From: Centroscyllium fabricii
Lineage: Eukaryota
DNA length: 64,000 bases
Assembly: GCA_051313645.2 (NCBI GenBank)
Contig: JBNRSN020000028.1
Span: 15,128,001-15,192,000 of the forward strand
Reading direction: 5' to 3'
Below are positions 1 to 11,499 of this stretch, one piece after another. Below the pieces are notes generated by a model. The model was not told where the DNA came from and did no database searches. It saw only the letters and a list, made by a program, of their open reading frames with translations. Both the position numbers and the translations under genes were made by a program. Every line of letters starts with the position of its first letter. The stretch's first letter is position 1.

Positions 1-5
1 AACAT
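1..5 (-). CDS. Start of a family-C TCR V leader exon running off the left edge
   Basis: Reverse complement reads ...ccatcaactctccgctaatATGTT, matching the context of the leaders at 25142 (+) and 63166 (-). Confidence 0.7.
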
Positions 6-99
6 ATTAGCGGAGAGTTGATGGTGGATATGAACAGAAGGTTTGAAGCTGAAATTGTCTCATCAACAATTGGGAAGATGTTGAGTAATATCCGGTCTC

Positions 100-260
100 T
101 CTGCCGATTGGTGCGTTCCCGATAGAGTCAGCAGCTGAAATCCAATCAGCTCTTGGCCCTTTGTTGTTCAATTCATCCAATCAATTTGTAGCTCCTTTGT
201 TTTCAATTCAGCCAATCAGCTCACAGTTCCTTTGTTCGCCAATTCATGACGTCAGAGCGG
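100..260. promoter_or_regulatory. Family-C V promoter: three CCAAT boxes at 35-bp spacing plus a perfect CRE
   Basis: CCAAT at 142, 177 and 212, inverted ATTGG near 107, TGACGTCA at 247-254. Homologous blocks at ~24860-25020, ~28470-28560 and ~63260-63420. Confidence 0.55.
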
Positions 261-420
261 GGAGCCGAACACGGAGTGAAATTGCTCTTCAGAACTGGAC
301 GGAGATGGAACCCAATGTTCGCCCTTTAGCAGCGTCAGTCTGTGAGGTGAGAGCGGTGAAGGGCAGTGGTTAATGTTATTCTGGTATCAGAGCCGGAGAC
401 TCCCATCAAAACCACACACC

Positions 421-456
421 ATGCGCTCCCCATGATTCTGCTGGTCGTGCTGCCCG
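421..456 (+). pseudogene. Orphan family-A V leader exon (no V exon follows)
   Basis: ATGCGCTCCCCATGATTC...GTCGTGCTGCCCG|gtgagg resembles the family-A leader (ATGTGCTCCCCGTGTTTC...GCCGTGCTGCCCG|gtgagt). It has an in-frame TGA and the intron runs into a CR1 fragment at ~490-570. Confidence 0.65.
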
Positions 457-799
457 GTGAGGCTACGTTTTAAGGATCGTATGTATTTCATCCAGGTAAA
501 CATCCTCTGTACCGTCTCCAGGGCCTTGACATACTTCCTAAGGTGTGAGCCCAGAATTGTACACAATAGGGAAATGGCAAAAGGGGAGTTAAGGTGCCAT
601 AGACATAATTTGTGAAGTTCATTTTTATTATCAATACGAGTTTATAACACCGAAATATTCCGCCAGGAGTCCTGACCTGTAATTATTGAGGGTTGTGTTG
701 TGTTTCTGTTTTAAGAGGGTCCCAGTGAAGGCTGAATGGTCGCTGCTGTTTCTCAGTGTGAGCGCCTTCTGGTGAGCACTGACTGGAACTCTCAGTCTG

Positions 800-837
800 G
801 GTTTTTGTCCGGGATCCGCTGTAACTGCAGCAGTGTG
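800..837 (-). other. RSS (22-bp spacer) of V segment A1
   Basis: CACACTG (837-831), 22 bp, ACAAAAACC (808-800). Confidence 0.9.
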
Positions 838-1269
838 GGGCTCATAGCACAGAAATACACGGCGCTGTCCACCACAAGAACACTGGTGATATTTAAAGGA
901 ACCGTTTTATTTCCTTTGTGCAAAAGAGCAGAGAACCTGTCTGGTAAATCTGGAGACTGGTCTCCTGACCCCGAGCTGTATTTCTTCAGTAAATATCTCG
1001 GAGCTTCCCCGGGATACTGAATGTACCAGAACAGATTTGAATTGGTTTCCGAATAACTGCAGTTCAGTATTACGGTCTGTCCCTCCTGAACCGTTAACTC
1101 AGCCGGATCCTGGGACACGGATTCTTTGCCACTCGTTCCTGTAACAAAACACAGAATGTGTCAAGAGTCTGGGAGTGAGGAGAACCCTTGGAACACACAC
1201 TGACCCTTTAAACATAGACTCACCGGGCAGCACGGCCATTATTATCAGTAAGAAACACGGGGAGCACAT
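838..1269 (-). CDS. TRAV: TCR alpha/delta V segment, family A copy 1 (leader 1269-1224, V exon 1138-838), apparently functional
   Basis: Spliced product MCSPCFLLIIMAVLPGTSGKESVSQDPAELTVQEGQTVILNCSYS...LFWYIQYPGEAPRYLL...DSAVYFCAMS. Conserved Cys, Trp and YxC, GT-AG phase-1 intron, RSS present. Confidence 0.93.
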
Positions 1270-1504
1270 GGTGTCTGGGTTAGATTTAGACACAAAACAG
1301 CAGATCGGTTTAAATATGTTAACCCTTCTGTTCTTATATAACAGAGTAAACTCAGATCAGGGGCAGAACTCACTTATTGGGAGACTGAGGGGCGTTTCCC
1401 AGGGCCAGGATTGGCTGGTCTCTGAGAACTGACACCCGCTATGAACCAATCAGAGTGAGTCGTGGATCAATTACCGAGGCCTCCCCAAAATTCTATTCCA
1501 AGTC

Positions 1505-1670
1505 TCGCTCTGTGAGTGTCTATCTCGCTCTGTCTGTCTGTCTGCAGGTCTCTGTCTCTCTGTCTGCAGGTCTCTGTCTGTCTGTTTCTCTCTCTCTCCT
1601 TCTGTCTCGGTGTCACTCGCTGTTTAATTTGGTGTCGTTCTGTCTCTGTGTCTCTCTCTCTCTCTCAGTA
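1505..1670. repeat. (CT/CTGT)n microsatellite, mirrored as (GA)n at ~23480-23630
   Basis: Low-complexity pyrimidine tract seen directly. Confidence 0.8.
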
Positions 1671-2131
1671 AGGTGTAAAGTGAAATATAATTTAAACGAG
1701 TCTCCATCACCGAGTTCTCTCTACAACGAATGAACTTGATTGCTCGGCATAACCTCAAGACTAAGCGGGATATGATAAGTGGACAGCCCTCGGCACCTGC
1801 GAGAGAGCTTTTCAAATATGAACTTCAGGATTTGTACCACTTCCAGGACTTTTACTTGTAGCAAATGATCCTGTTATTCATCCCAGAAATCTGAAGGTCT
1901 GTGCTAAGTTTGGGGTGGAAATATCTGAATTTTACCCTGTGTTAAAATGGTTGAGAAATTTCTATGATCCCAAGACTGACAGCACTGACATAATTGGAGA
2001 AACCCGATCGGATCAGGCTGTATTTTCCCATTCAGTTTCTGTGCAAACTCTCGGGGAGTCAATCCCTGGTATTTTCCTGAGGTGCAGCAGGACAACCCAT
2101 CCCATCTCACCATCCTTCCCCTATGCCGACC

Positions 2132-2170
2132 TGATTTTGTATGGGGGCCGAGGGAACTTTATTCACTGTG
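2132..2170 (-). other. 23-RSS of V segment B1
   Basis: CACAGTG, 23 bp, ACAAAATCA. Confidence 0.9.
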
Positions 2171-2653
2171 GGTCTCAGGGCACAGTAATACACGGCGCTG
2201 TCTGTGATCTTCAAGCCTTTCATGGATAATTGAAAAGTGTTGAGTGTCCGGTTGAGATTCCCGCTGAAACGTTCAAAGCCCGGAGCTGTCTCGTTATTCC
2301 CATAACTATCGGCTCTGAGCAGATACTGAGGGGCTTGATGGGGATACTGTCGATACCAGTAGAGGCCATAGTTTGTAGCTGATCTCGATACAGAGTAACT
2401 GCAGGTTATTGCTGAATCTGCTCCCTCTTCTGATCCGACTCCTTGTTCTGACTGGGACACCGACTCTCCGTTACTCGGCTCTGAAAATAAACAGCGGGCG
2501 CACAGCGGGTTAGGCGGATTAAATAAAGAGAATCATCTCCTGGAGATGGAGATGGGAAAATGTCTGAGCATTTGGGAATGTTGCAGGAAGGCTCCAATAT
2601 CACCCACCTGTGATCAGGACAATAACCAGAGTTAGGCAGAGTTTCACTTCCAT
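2171..2653 (-). CDS. TRAV: TCR alpha/delta V segment, family B copy 1 (leader 2653-2608, V exon 2480-2171), apparently functional
   Basis: MEVKLCLTLVIVLITEPSNGESVSQSEQ...ITCSYSVSRSATNYGLYWYRQYP...TDSAVYYCALR. Open frame, GT-AG intron, RSS present. Confidence 0.92.
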
Positions 2654-2856
2654 GGTTCCAATCTGGACTCCAGAAACAAGAGACTGTGATCACTGCTTTT
2701 ACCTGGCCTGGAACGGGAGGAACTGAAACAGCGCGGTGATCTCATCAGATCGATTGGGATTTCTTCGCCCCGCCCATTTGTATCCCTGAAACCGTCACTT
2801 CCTGTAGTTGGGGATCACATCCTTCAGCAAGTGATCAGAGGGCGCCCTCCTGTGGA

Positions 2857-5480
2857 TATTACAAACAGAGACAGGGTCTAGTGTAATATAAACATAGACA
2901 GGGTCTAGTGTAAGTTAAACAGAGACCAGGTCTAGTGTAATATAAACAGAGACAGGGTCTAGTGTAATATAAACAGAGACAGGGTCTAGTGTAAGTTAAA
3001 CAGAGAGAAGGTCTCGTGTAATATAAACAGAGACAGGGTCTAGTGTAATATAAACAGAGACAGGGTCTAGTGTAATATAAGCAGCGACAGGGTCTAGTTT
3101 AATATAAACAGAGACAGGGTCTAGTGTAATATAAACAGAGACAGGATCTAGTGTAATATAAACAGAGACAGGGTCTAGTGTAATATAAACAGAGAGAGGG
3201 TCTAGTGTAATATAAACAGAGACAGTGTCTAGTGTAATATAAACAGAGACAGGGCCTAGTATTATATAAACAGAAATAGAGTCTGGTGCAGGAGTAAATG
3301 GGACAGGGTATATTGTAATATAAAGGAAGATGCCCTGGTGCATTAATATTTGAGACAGGGCCGAGTGTTACACAAATCGAGACAGGGTTTACGAGACAGT
3401 ACAACGAGACCTGGGTGTCCTTGTGCACCAGTCACTGAAGCTGAGCATGCAGGTGCAGCAGGCAGTTAAGATGGCAAATGGTATGTTGGCCTTCATAGTG
3501 AAAGGGTTCGAGTACAGGAACAGGGAGGTCTTGCTGCAGTTGTACAGGGCCTTGGTGAGACCACACCTTGAGTACTGTGTGCAATTGTGGTCTCCTTATC
3601 TAAGCAATGACGTTCTTGCCATGGAGGGAGTGCAGAGAAGATTCACCAGGCGGATACCTGGGATGGCAGGATTGACGTATGATCAGAGACTGGGTAGACT
3701 GGGTTTGTACTCTCTGGAGTTTAGAAGATTGAGAATGGATCTCAACGAAACGTATAAAATTCTAACTGGTCTGGACAAACTTGATGCAGGAAGAATGTTC
3801 CCGATGGCCGGAGAGTCTAGAACCAGGGGTCATAGTCTAAGGATAAGGGGTAACTCATTTAGGATGGAGATGAGGAGTAATTTCTTCACCCAGAGAGTGG
3901 TGAACCTGTGGAATTCTCTGCCACAAAGGGCTGTGGAGGCTAGTTCATTCAATATATTCAAGGAGCTGGATATATTTCTTGAGGCTAGAGGGATCAAGGG
4001 ATATGGGGAGAAGGCAGGGACAGGGTACTGAGTTTGGATGATCAGCCATGATCTCATTGAATGACGGAGCAGGCTAGAGGGGCCGAATAGCCTACTCCTG
4101 CTCCTATCTTCTATGTTTCTATGTTTCTATGTTTCTGCAATAATAACAGAGACACGGGGCATAGTGCAATGTAATTATACAGGGTCTAGTTTAATACAAA
4201 AAGACATGTCTTGGTGCAGCAATAACTGAGACAGCTCCTAGTTTAATATAAGCAGACACAGGGTCTAGTGCAGTAATAACTGAACAGGGTCTAGTATAAT
4301 ATAAACAGAGACAGCGTCTAGTGTAATATAAACAGAGACAAGGTCTAGTACAATATAAACAGAGACACGGTCTAGTGTAATATAAACAGAGACAGGGTCT
4401 AGTGTAATATAAACAGAGACAGGGTCTAGTGTAATATAAACAGAGACACGGTCTAGTGTAATATAAACAGAGACAGGGTCTAGTGTAATATAAACAGAGA
4501 CACGGTCTGGTGTAATATAAACAGTGACAGGGTCTAGTGAAATATAAACAGAGACAGTTTCTACTGTAATATAAACAGAGACAGGGTCTAGTGTAATATA
4601 AACAGAGACAGTTTCTACTGTAATATAAACAGAGACAGGGTCTGGTGTAATATAAACAGAGACAGGGTCTAGTGTAATATAAACAGACAGTTTCTACTGT
4701 AATATAATCAGAGACAAGGTCTAATGTAATATGAACAGAGACTGCGTATAGTGTAATATAAACAGAGACTGGGCCTAGTGTAATATTTACAGAGACATTG
4801 TCTAGTCTAATATAAACAGATTCAGGGTCTAGTGTAATATAAACAGAGACAGGGTCTTGTGTAATATAAGTCGTGAGATGGTGTACAGCTTTAATAACTG
4901 AGACACCGCCTATTGTAATCTAAAGTGACATTCCCTGGTGCATTAATAATCCAGACAGGGCCTAGTGTAATTGAAAAAGAGACAGGGCCTAATGTAATAT
5001 TAGTTGAGACAGGGTCTAGTGTAATTTAAACAGAGACAGGGTCTAGTGAAGTATAAACAGAGACAGGGTCTAGTGTAATATAAACATAGACAGGGTCTAG
5101 TGTAATATAAACAGAGACAGGATCTAGTGCAATGATAACAGAGACCCTGGCCGAGTGTATTATAAACAGAGACTGGACCGAGTGTAATATAAAGTGGCGT
5201 GTCCTGTTGCAGTAATAACTGCGACAGGTCCCAGTCTAATAGAAAGAACGACTGGGTCTATTGCAGTTATAACTGGAACAGGATCCAGTGTAATATAAAC
5301 AGAGACAGCGTCTGGTGCACTTATAACTGAGACAGGGTCGAGTTTAATATTAACAGAGACAGGGTCTAGTGTAATATAAACAGAGACATGGTTTCGTGCA
5401 GTAATAAACGAGACAAGGTCTAGTGTAATATAAACAGAAACATGTCCTAGTGCAGTAGAAACTGATGCAGGGCCTATGAT
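2857..5480 (-). repeat. 27-bp satellite array (AAACAGAGACAGGGTCTAGTGTAATAT)n, interrupted by a CR1
   Basis: Tandem units seen directly. The 9-aa periodic ORFs (PVSVYITLD) confirm the 27-bp period. Confidence 0.95.
3395..4136 (+). mobile_element. 5'-truncated CR1-clade LINE (HER1-like), ORF2 C-terminus and 3' tail
   Basis: ORF 3423-4031 contains LYRALVRPHLEYCVQLWSP and FFTQRVVNLWNSLP. Tail is (TTCTATGT)n. Confidence 0.93.
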
Positions 5481-5617
5481 CGATGCAACTCTCTCTTTGT
5501 TTATGACACACTGATATTCATTTTGTTATCCTCCCTCATCGCGCCTCACTGTGACAATCGGCCATGAAACACAGTGACTGAGAGTTCGCTGTCAATCACC
5601 CGTGCCGTGACACCTGC

Positions 5618-5870
5618 AGTTTATGTGTCGGCTCTTGCCCTAAATACGCCGCTTTGTGCGGTATTAACAGACAGAAGTATTTCCTGGAATTCCCAGCTGT
5701 CACATGTGAAACTGTTAAACTGACAGCTCTGAAAGTGATGGGCAAAGATGTGGTGCTGTACCGCCATCCAGTGGCGAGGGAGTTAACTGGAATCCTGTCT
5801 GTGAAACAATGGCCCGGATATTCCGATGCCTACGGGTGGGTGCGCGGCGCTTGTGTACTCACCCGTAGGG
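5618..5870 (-). pseudogene. Decayed V relic (family D) with degenerate 23-RSS
   Basis: Reverse strand encodes an FR3-like ..VSLTVSHVTAGNSRKYFC, then CAAAGCG, 23 bp, ACATAAACT. Homologous to 14340-14584 and 30270-30500. Confidence 0.6.
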
Positions 5871-5872
5871 TA

Positions 5873-5982
5873 ATCAGAAATTACAACAGAAATCACTGGA
5901 AAAACCCAGCAGGCCAGGCAGCATCGGTGGAGAGAGAAACAGAGTCAACGTTTCAGGTCGCTGACCATTCTTCAGAAATGCT
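5873..5982 (-). mobile_element. Short Penelope-like repeat end carrying a minimal hammerhead motif (mirror at ~14222-14330)
   Basis: Reverse strand reads CTGAAGA-atGGTC-agc-GACC-t-GAAACGTT in a common shark repeat context (cagcatcggtggagagagaaacagag). Confidence 0.6.
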
Positions 5983-6742
5983 GGTTCCTGGTATGCACAG
6001 CGCATGCGCTGGCAACCTGCATTTCCGGTCTGCCAAGAAAGCGCTTGACAGATCAAACGCATGCGCAGGACAGGCAGCGCTGCCGGTTCAAAGTTCCAAT
6101 TTTTCTCAAATGCTTCAGTCCAGGTTAGTCTGAAACAGCTGCACCGACTCAAAGCAGGAGAACAACCTGCATCCTACCGGACGAAGCTCCAGGAAGAAGA
6201 ACTCTTTCAGAAATGGGCTTGGAAACGGAGCATTTCAATTGTGAAAGTGAGCAAAGTTCTTTGTAGAAAGCCTGAGGTAAATTTTTATCAACTTAAATTT
6301 ATTAGAAACGTTATTGGTTTTGGATCTTGTTTGGAATAGTGTCGTTCAACACTTGTTGTGTGCAAGGTAATTATTCTATTGAATTAGATTTCATTTTCTA
6401 AAATGTGAAAATTACTGTTTAAAATGAATTATTTAACATTTACTAAATTTAAAAAAAATTACGCCAAAAAATATCAATTAATTATATGTTAACTTTTCCA
6501 TGCCCTATAAAATTTGTATGTATGATTTTGTGAAAACGTTAAAGTTCTTAGAAAATTAACGCAGGCCGTGATATTCATCAGGCGGGTATGGCGTGTTACC
6601 AATCCGATACTGCACATTACCCACCATAGCCCGACGTGGTTTTCTAGCCACACACTTTATTAAAATTACTTTTACAACTCATTCCCTTTTTTTCTTTACA
6701 TGTACTTCATCTGTTGAAAGAGGAAGCCTGTGAGAGAGCAAC

Positions 6743-9220
6743 ATGCCCTTTGACGATGTTGCCCTGATCCTCGGTACGATTGTGCATCAGAGAATTGGAA
6801 ACGCCAGGGAACAAAGATGACTGAGGAACCATCACCGTTTCCTGCTCAGAAGGAAATACTACCCACCCCAGAGTGAGGACAGGGAGAGGCTGTCATTTGA
6901 GATGCTGTCGGACGAGTTGTGTGTGAGGAGGCTGCGCTTCATTATAAAAGATGTAATAGCAGAGCACTTGGAAAATAGTGACCGGATTGGACAAAGTCAA
7001 CATGAATTTACAATCGTGCTTGACTAATCTACTGGAGTTTTTTGAGGATGTACCTGGTAAATTAGATAAGGGAAAACCAGTGGATGTGGTGTACTTAGAC
7101 TTTCAGAAGGCTTTCCATAAGGTCCTGCGTGTAAAATTAAGTCACATGGGATGGGGGCAAGGTATTGACTTGGATTGAGAACTGGTTGGCAGACAGGAAG
7201 CAAAGAGTTGGAATTAACGGGTCTTTTTCTGAGTAGCAGGCAGTGACTAGTGGAGTACCGCAGGGATCGGTGCTTGGACCCCAGCTTTTCACAATATATA
7301 TTAATGATCTAGACGAGGGATCTAGATGTAATATCTCCAGGTTTGCAGAAGACACAAAGCTGGGTAAGAAAGTGTGCTGTGAGGAGGATGCCAAGAAAAT
7401 CCAGTATGAGTTGGACAGGTTGGGTTATTGGGCAGATGCATGGCAGATGCAATATAACGTGGATAAATGCGAGGTTATCCACTTTGGTGTCAAAAACAAG
7501 AAGACAGATTATTATCTGAACAGCAATAGATTGGGGGACGGGGAGGTGCAGCGAAGCCTGGGTGTCCTTGTGCACCAGTCGCTAAAGGTAAGCATGCAGG
7601 TGAAGCAGGCGTTTAAGAAGGCAAATGGTATGTTGGCCCTTGTAGCGAGAGGGTTTGAGTACAGGAACAATGATGTATTGCTGCAGTTGTACAGGGCCTT
7701 GGTGAGACCACATCTTGAGCATTGCTTTCAGTTTTGGTCGCCTTATCTAAGGAAGGATGTTCTTGCCATGGAAGGAGAGCAGCGAAGACTTAAAAGGCTG
7801 ATACGTGCGATGCCGGGAATGACTTATGAGGATTGATTGGGTCGATTGCGTTTATATTCGCTGGAGTTTAGAAGAATGAGAGGGGAATCGTTGAAACGTA
7901 TAAACTTCTAACAGGACTGGACAGACTAGATGCAGGAAGGATGTTCCCGATGGTGGTGGAGTCCAGAACCAGGGGTCACAGTCTAAAGATAAGGGGTAAG
8001 CCATTTCGAACAGAGATGAGGAGGAATGTCTTCACCCAGAGAGTGGTGAACCTGTAGAATTCTCTACCACAGAAGGAAGTGGAGGCAAATTCATTAAATG
8101 TATTCAAGAAAGATTTGAATACATTTCTTAAGGCTAAAGGGATCAAGGGATATGGAGAGAAGGCAGGGACAGGGTACTGAAATTGAATGCTCAGCCATGA
8201 TCGCATTGAATGGCGGAGCAGGCTCGAGGGGCCGAATGGTCTACACCTGCACCTATCTTCTATGTTTCTATGCTTCAGTAAAGAGGCAATCGGCTGACTA
8301 TGTGACATTTGAAAGGAAGATCTTCAAACACACTCAAAGACCAGCATTGCCTTGTTAGTGAACATGAAGGTAACCAGAGCATTGAAATTCTTTGCAAGTG
8401 CATCATTTCAGACAGGCACCTGTGACACTTCCAACATCTCCCAGAATGCTGCGTTGGCCTACATTCACCAGGTCACAGATGCCATTTTCTGTAGGGCTTC
8501 ATAGTTCATAGACATTGATTTGTCCATTCGCCAGGGAGATTGCCCTTGCATTTTATAGCATTGCTGGATTCCCCAAAGTGATTGGGGCCGCAGATGGAAA
8601 TAATATTGCTTTGAAGGCAGCATTGAATGCACCTGTGATATACATCAACAGGAAGGGGTTTCACTGATTGAATGTCATGATAGTCTGTGATGATGTGCAC
8701 CTCATGATCCTAAACATGAATGCAGATCACCGGGGATGGCTCATGACTCCTTTGTCCTCCGTACCTCAGACTTATATGGCACCCTTATCACATTGCCTCC
8801 AGAATGTGCATGGCTATTGGGTGACAGGCGCTGGCCGCTAAGACCTTGGCTGATGACTCCCTCGTGCACGACCAATGATAAGACTCAGGAGAGATACAAC
8901 CGGGCACATGGGTCCACATGGCAAGTGGTGCTGAGGACAATCGGTGTTCTGAAATCATGCATCCGGTGCCTGGACAGGTCAGGGGGTCCATACAGTATTC
9001 ACCTCTGAAAGTGGCAAGGATTGTGGTGGCTTGTTGTTCTTTGCATAACGTTGCCCAGCGGGAAGGACTGACCCTTAACCCTGCAGACGAGCTCTCTGTT
9101 GAAATGGAGGATATGGCTGATGCCAATGTGCCTGTGGCCAGGCCTGATGGGGAGGAGCCAACTGCTGCCGAAAGTAAGGCTGCTCGGGAACTGCTCATAA
9201 CCAACACCTTCACGAGGTGA
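6743..9220 (+). mobile_element. PIF/Harbinger transposase pseudogene (HARBI1-like DDE), split by a CR1 insertion
   Basis: MPFDDVAL...SFEMLSDELCVRRLRF / SKEAI...ALKFFASASFQ...AGFPKVIGAADG...YINRKGFH...WLLGD..WLMTP...QERYNRAH...IVVACCSLHNVA. Contains stops and frameshifts. Confidence 0.88.
6942..8271 (+). mobile_element. 5'-truncated CR1 LINE nested in the Harbinger transposase
   Basis: RT motifs DVVYLDFQKAF, SGVPQGSVLGPQLF and FAEDTKL. (TTCTATGT) tail. GCTTCA flanks both ends (6936-6941 and 8272-8277), and the transposase frame rejoins across it. Confidence 0.92.
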
Positions 9221-9714
9221 AGATAGTGTCGACTTGTACCTCCCCTCCAACAAGGCAAAGAAAGGAACAGACACAATTTAAAGTGAAACAGTGAACTTTT
9301 ATTCCAGCATCAAAGACTTTTGAGGTTCAGTTTTGATGTTCTTAGTTTTTAACTTTTAAATGTTAACTAGCTATGTTCTACTTTTCAAACATTCGCAAAC
9401 ATAATTGTTTTGAATAAAATTTGTAAACAGTTTAAAGTGACCTTTTTGGTTTCTTAGTGCAACAAAGACATTCAAGATGGAAACTAGCTATTTTTTTATT
9501 TTAAAACAGTTGTAATTTTAACATTTTCTGCAAATAAAAAAGTTGAACTGTTTTTCAAAGTGACTAGAGGCTGTACTTTTTAAATGAAAGGTTACATACA
9601 CTTTCACTCACAAATATATATTTCAATAAAATAGCAACGAAAACATTTAACATTTAAACAAAAAGAAACATTAGAGAATTGAACGAGTTGCCCCCTCGCA
9701 TCTGTGCCTGAGGG

Positions 9715-10500
9715 TCAAAGGCCGTGGATTGCACAGAAGGTGACCCCCTCTTGTCTCCCGCGCTTTCTCCCTCCCTGTGACCGGATCCCTCTGCTGCCAG
9801 TTGAAAGGCTCCTGTCAGCCATCTCTTGCCCTTCAGCAATTGCCTCCTGGCAGGGTTGCTGGTGCTGCTGGTGCTGAAAGGCAACGTTTGTCTGCATCCG
9901 GACTGGCGGAGCTGCTGTCTCGTGGGTCTGCACTGTTTCTGCGCTGGGAGCCGGTAAAGGCGGTTCACCGGGGGTCAAAGTAATGGCAGCAGAAACTGGG
10001 ACAAACAACTGCAAGAGTCGAACGACAGACTCATTTATCTGATTAAGTGCCATGGTAACATCTGGGTTTTGCAACTGCGATAGAATCTGATTAAGTGACG
10101 GACCAATAACATCAATTCCCTGCCTGATGGAGACAAGAGTCAACTTTCTTCTGATGAAGATTACACATCTCTTGCCTCAACCCTTCAATCTGTTGCTCCT
10201 GAGAATCTATGTTATTCCGGAGTGTTGAACGTCTTTCTGCTTCTCCCACCTGCTCTGCAGTATCAGGTTGGTTTCTGGCTGTTGAACGACAGTCATCTGT
10301 GTCTCGCACAGAGCCAGAGGGGCCGGGAGATGGCGAGGTACTGGGCAGCCACCCAGGGTCCATACCCTCCTCTTCCACTAGCGGACAAAGCGCAAATTCC
10401 TCCTCCTCCTCCACCACCTCACTTACTGCTCCCGCTGCACCTGGAACCCCTTCCCCAATGCCCTCTGCGGCCGCAGACTCAACGCACTGATCATTCCGTG
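9715..10500 (-). mobile_element. C-terminal part of the Harbinger second ORF (probable Myb/SANT/MADF partner protein), convergent with the transposase
   Basis: Acidic/Pro-Ser-rich then coiled-coil-like ORFs (10112-10588 and 9715-10143, one frameshift) tail-to-tail with the transposase. The N-terminal DNA-binding domain is not visible, so the family assignment rests on position. Confidence 0.55.
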
Positions 10501-10581
10501 TGTGAGAGTATGCTGTCCACCCGTGGAAAGGAAACAGTAAACATTTGCAAAGGTAATGCATGATCTGCCACATCACAGAAA

Positions 10582-10856
10582 CTGCCATTAATTTGACTCC
10601 CGGTGAACCGCCCTTATCTGCTCCCAGCGCAGAAACAGTGCAGACCCACGAGACAGCAGCTCCGCCAGTCCAGATGCAGACAAACGTTGCCTTTCAGCAC
10701 CAGCAGCAGCAGCAACCCTGTCAGGAGGCAATTGCTGAAGGGCAAGAGATGGCAGACAGGAGCCTTTCAACTGGCAGCAGAGGAATCCGGTCACAGGGAG
10801 GGAGAAAGCGCGGGAGACAGGAGGGGTTCATCTTCTGTGCAATCCACGGCCTTTGA
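10582..10856 (+). mobile_element. Inverted duplicate of the 3' end of Harbinger ORF2
   Basis: LTPGEPPLSAPSAETVQTHETAAPP...FCAIHGL is nearly identical to the end of ORF 9715-10143 (-). Confidence 0.85.
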
Positions 10857-11499
10857 CCCTCAGGCACAGATGTGAGGGGGCAACTCGTTCAATTCTCTAA
10901 TGTTTCGTTTTATTTAAATGTTAAATCTTTTCGTTGCTATTTTATTGAAATACATATTTGTGACTGAAAGTGTATGTGACCTTTCATTTAAAAAGTACAG
11001 CCTCTAGTTACTTTGAAAAACATTTCAACTTTTTTATTTGCAGAAATACTTAAAATTACAACTGTTTTAAAATGAGAAAATAGCTAGTTTCCACCTTGAA
11101 TGTCCTTATTGCACTAAGAAACCAAAAAGTCACATTAAACTGTTTACAAATTTTATTCAAAAAAATTATGTCTGCGAATGTTTGAAAAGTAGAAAATAGC
11201 TAGTTAACATTTAAAAGTTAAAAACTGAGAAAATCAAAACTGAACCTCAAAAATCTTTGATGCTGCAATAAAAGTTCACTGTTTCACTTTAAATTGTGTC
11301 TGTTCCTTTCTTTGGCTTGCTGGGGGAGGGGAGGTACCAGGAGACATTTTCATTACCTCGTGAAGGTGTTGGTTATGAGCAGTTCCCGATCAGCATTACT
11401 TTCGGCAGCACTTGGCTCCTTCCCATCAGGCCTGGCCACAGGCACATTGGCATCGTCCATATCCTCCTTTTCAACAGAGAGCTCGTCTGCAGGGTTAAG

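Noticed and set aside
5654-6339. ORFs of 159 and 92 aa upstream of the transposase
   Set aside because: They read through a V relic (antisense), a Penelope stub and probable transposon UTR. No coherent protein signal.
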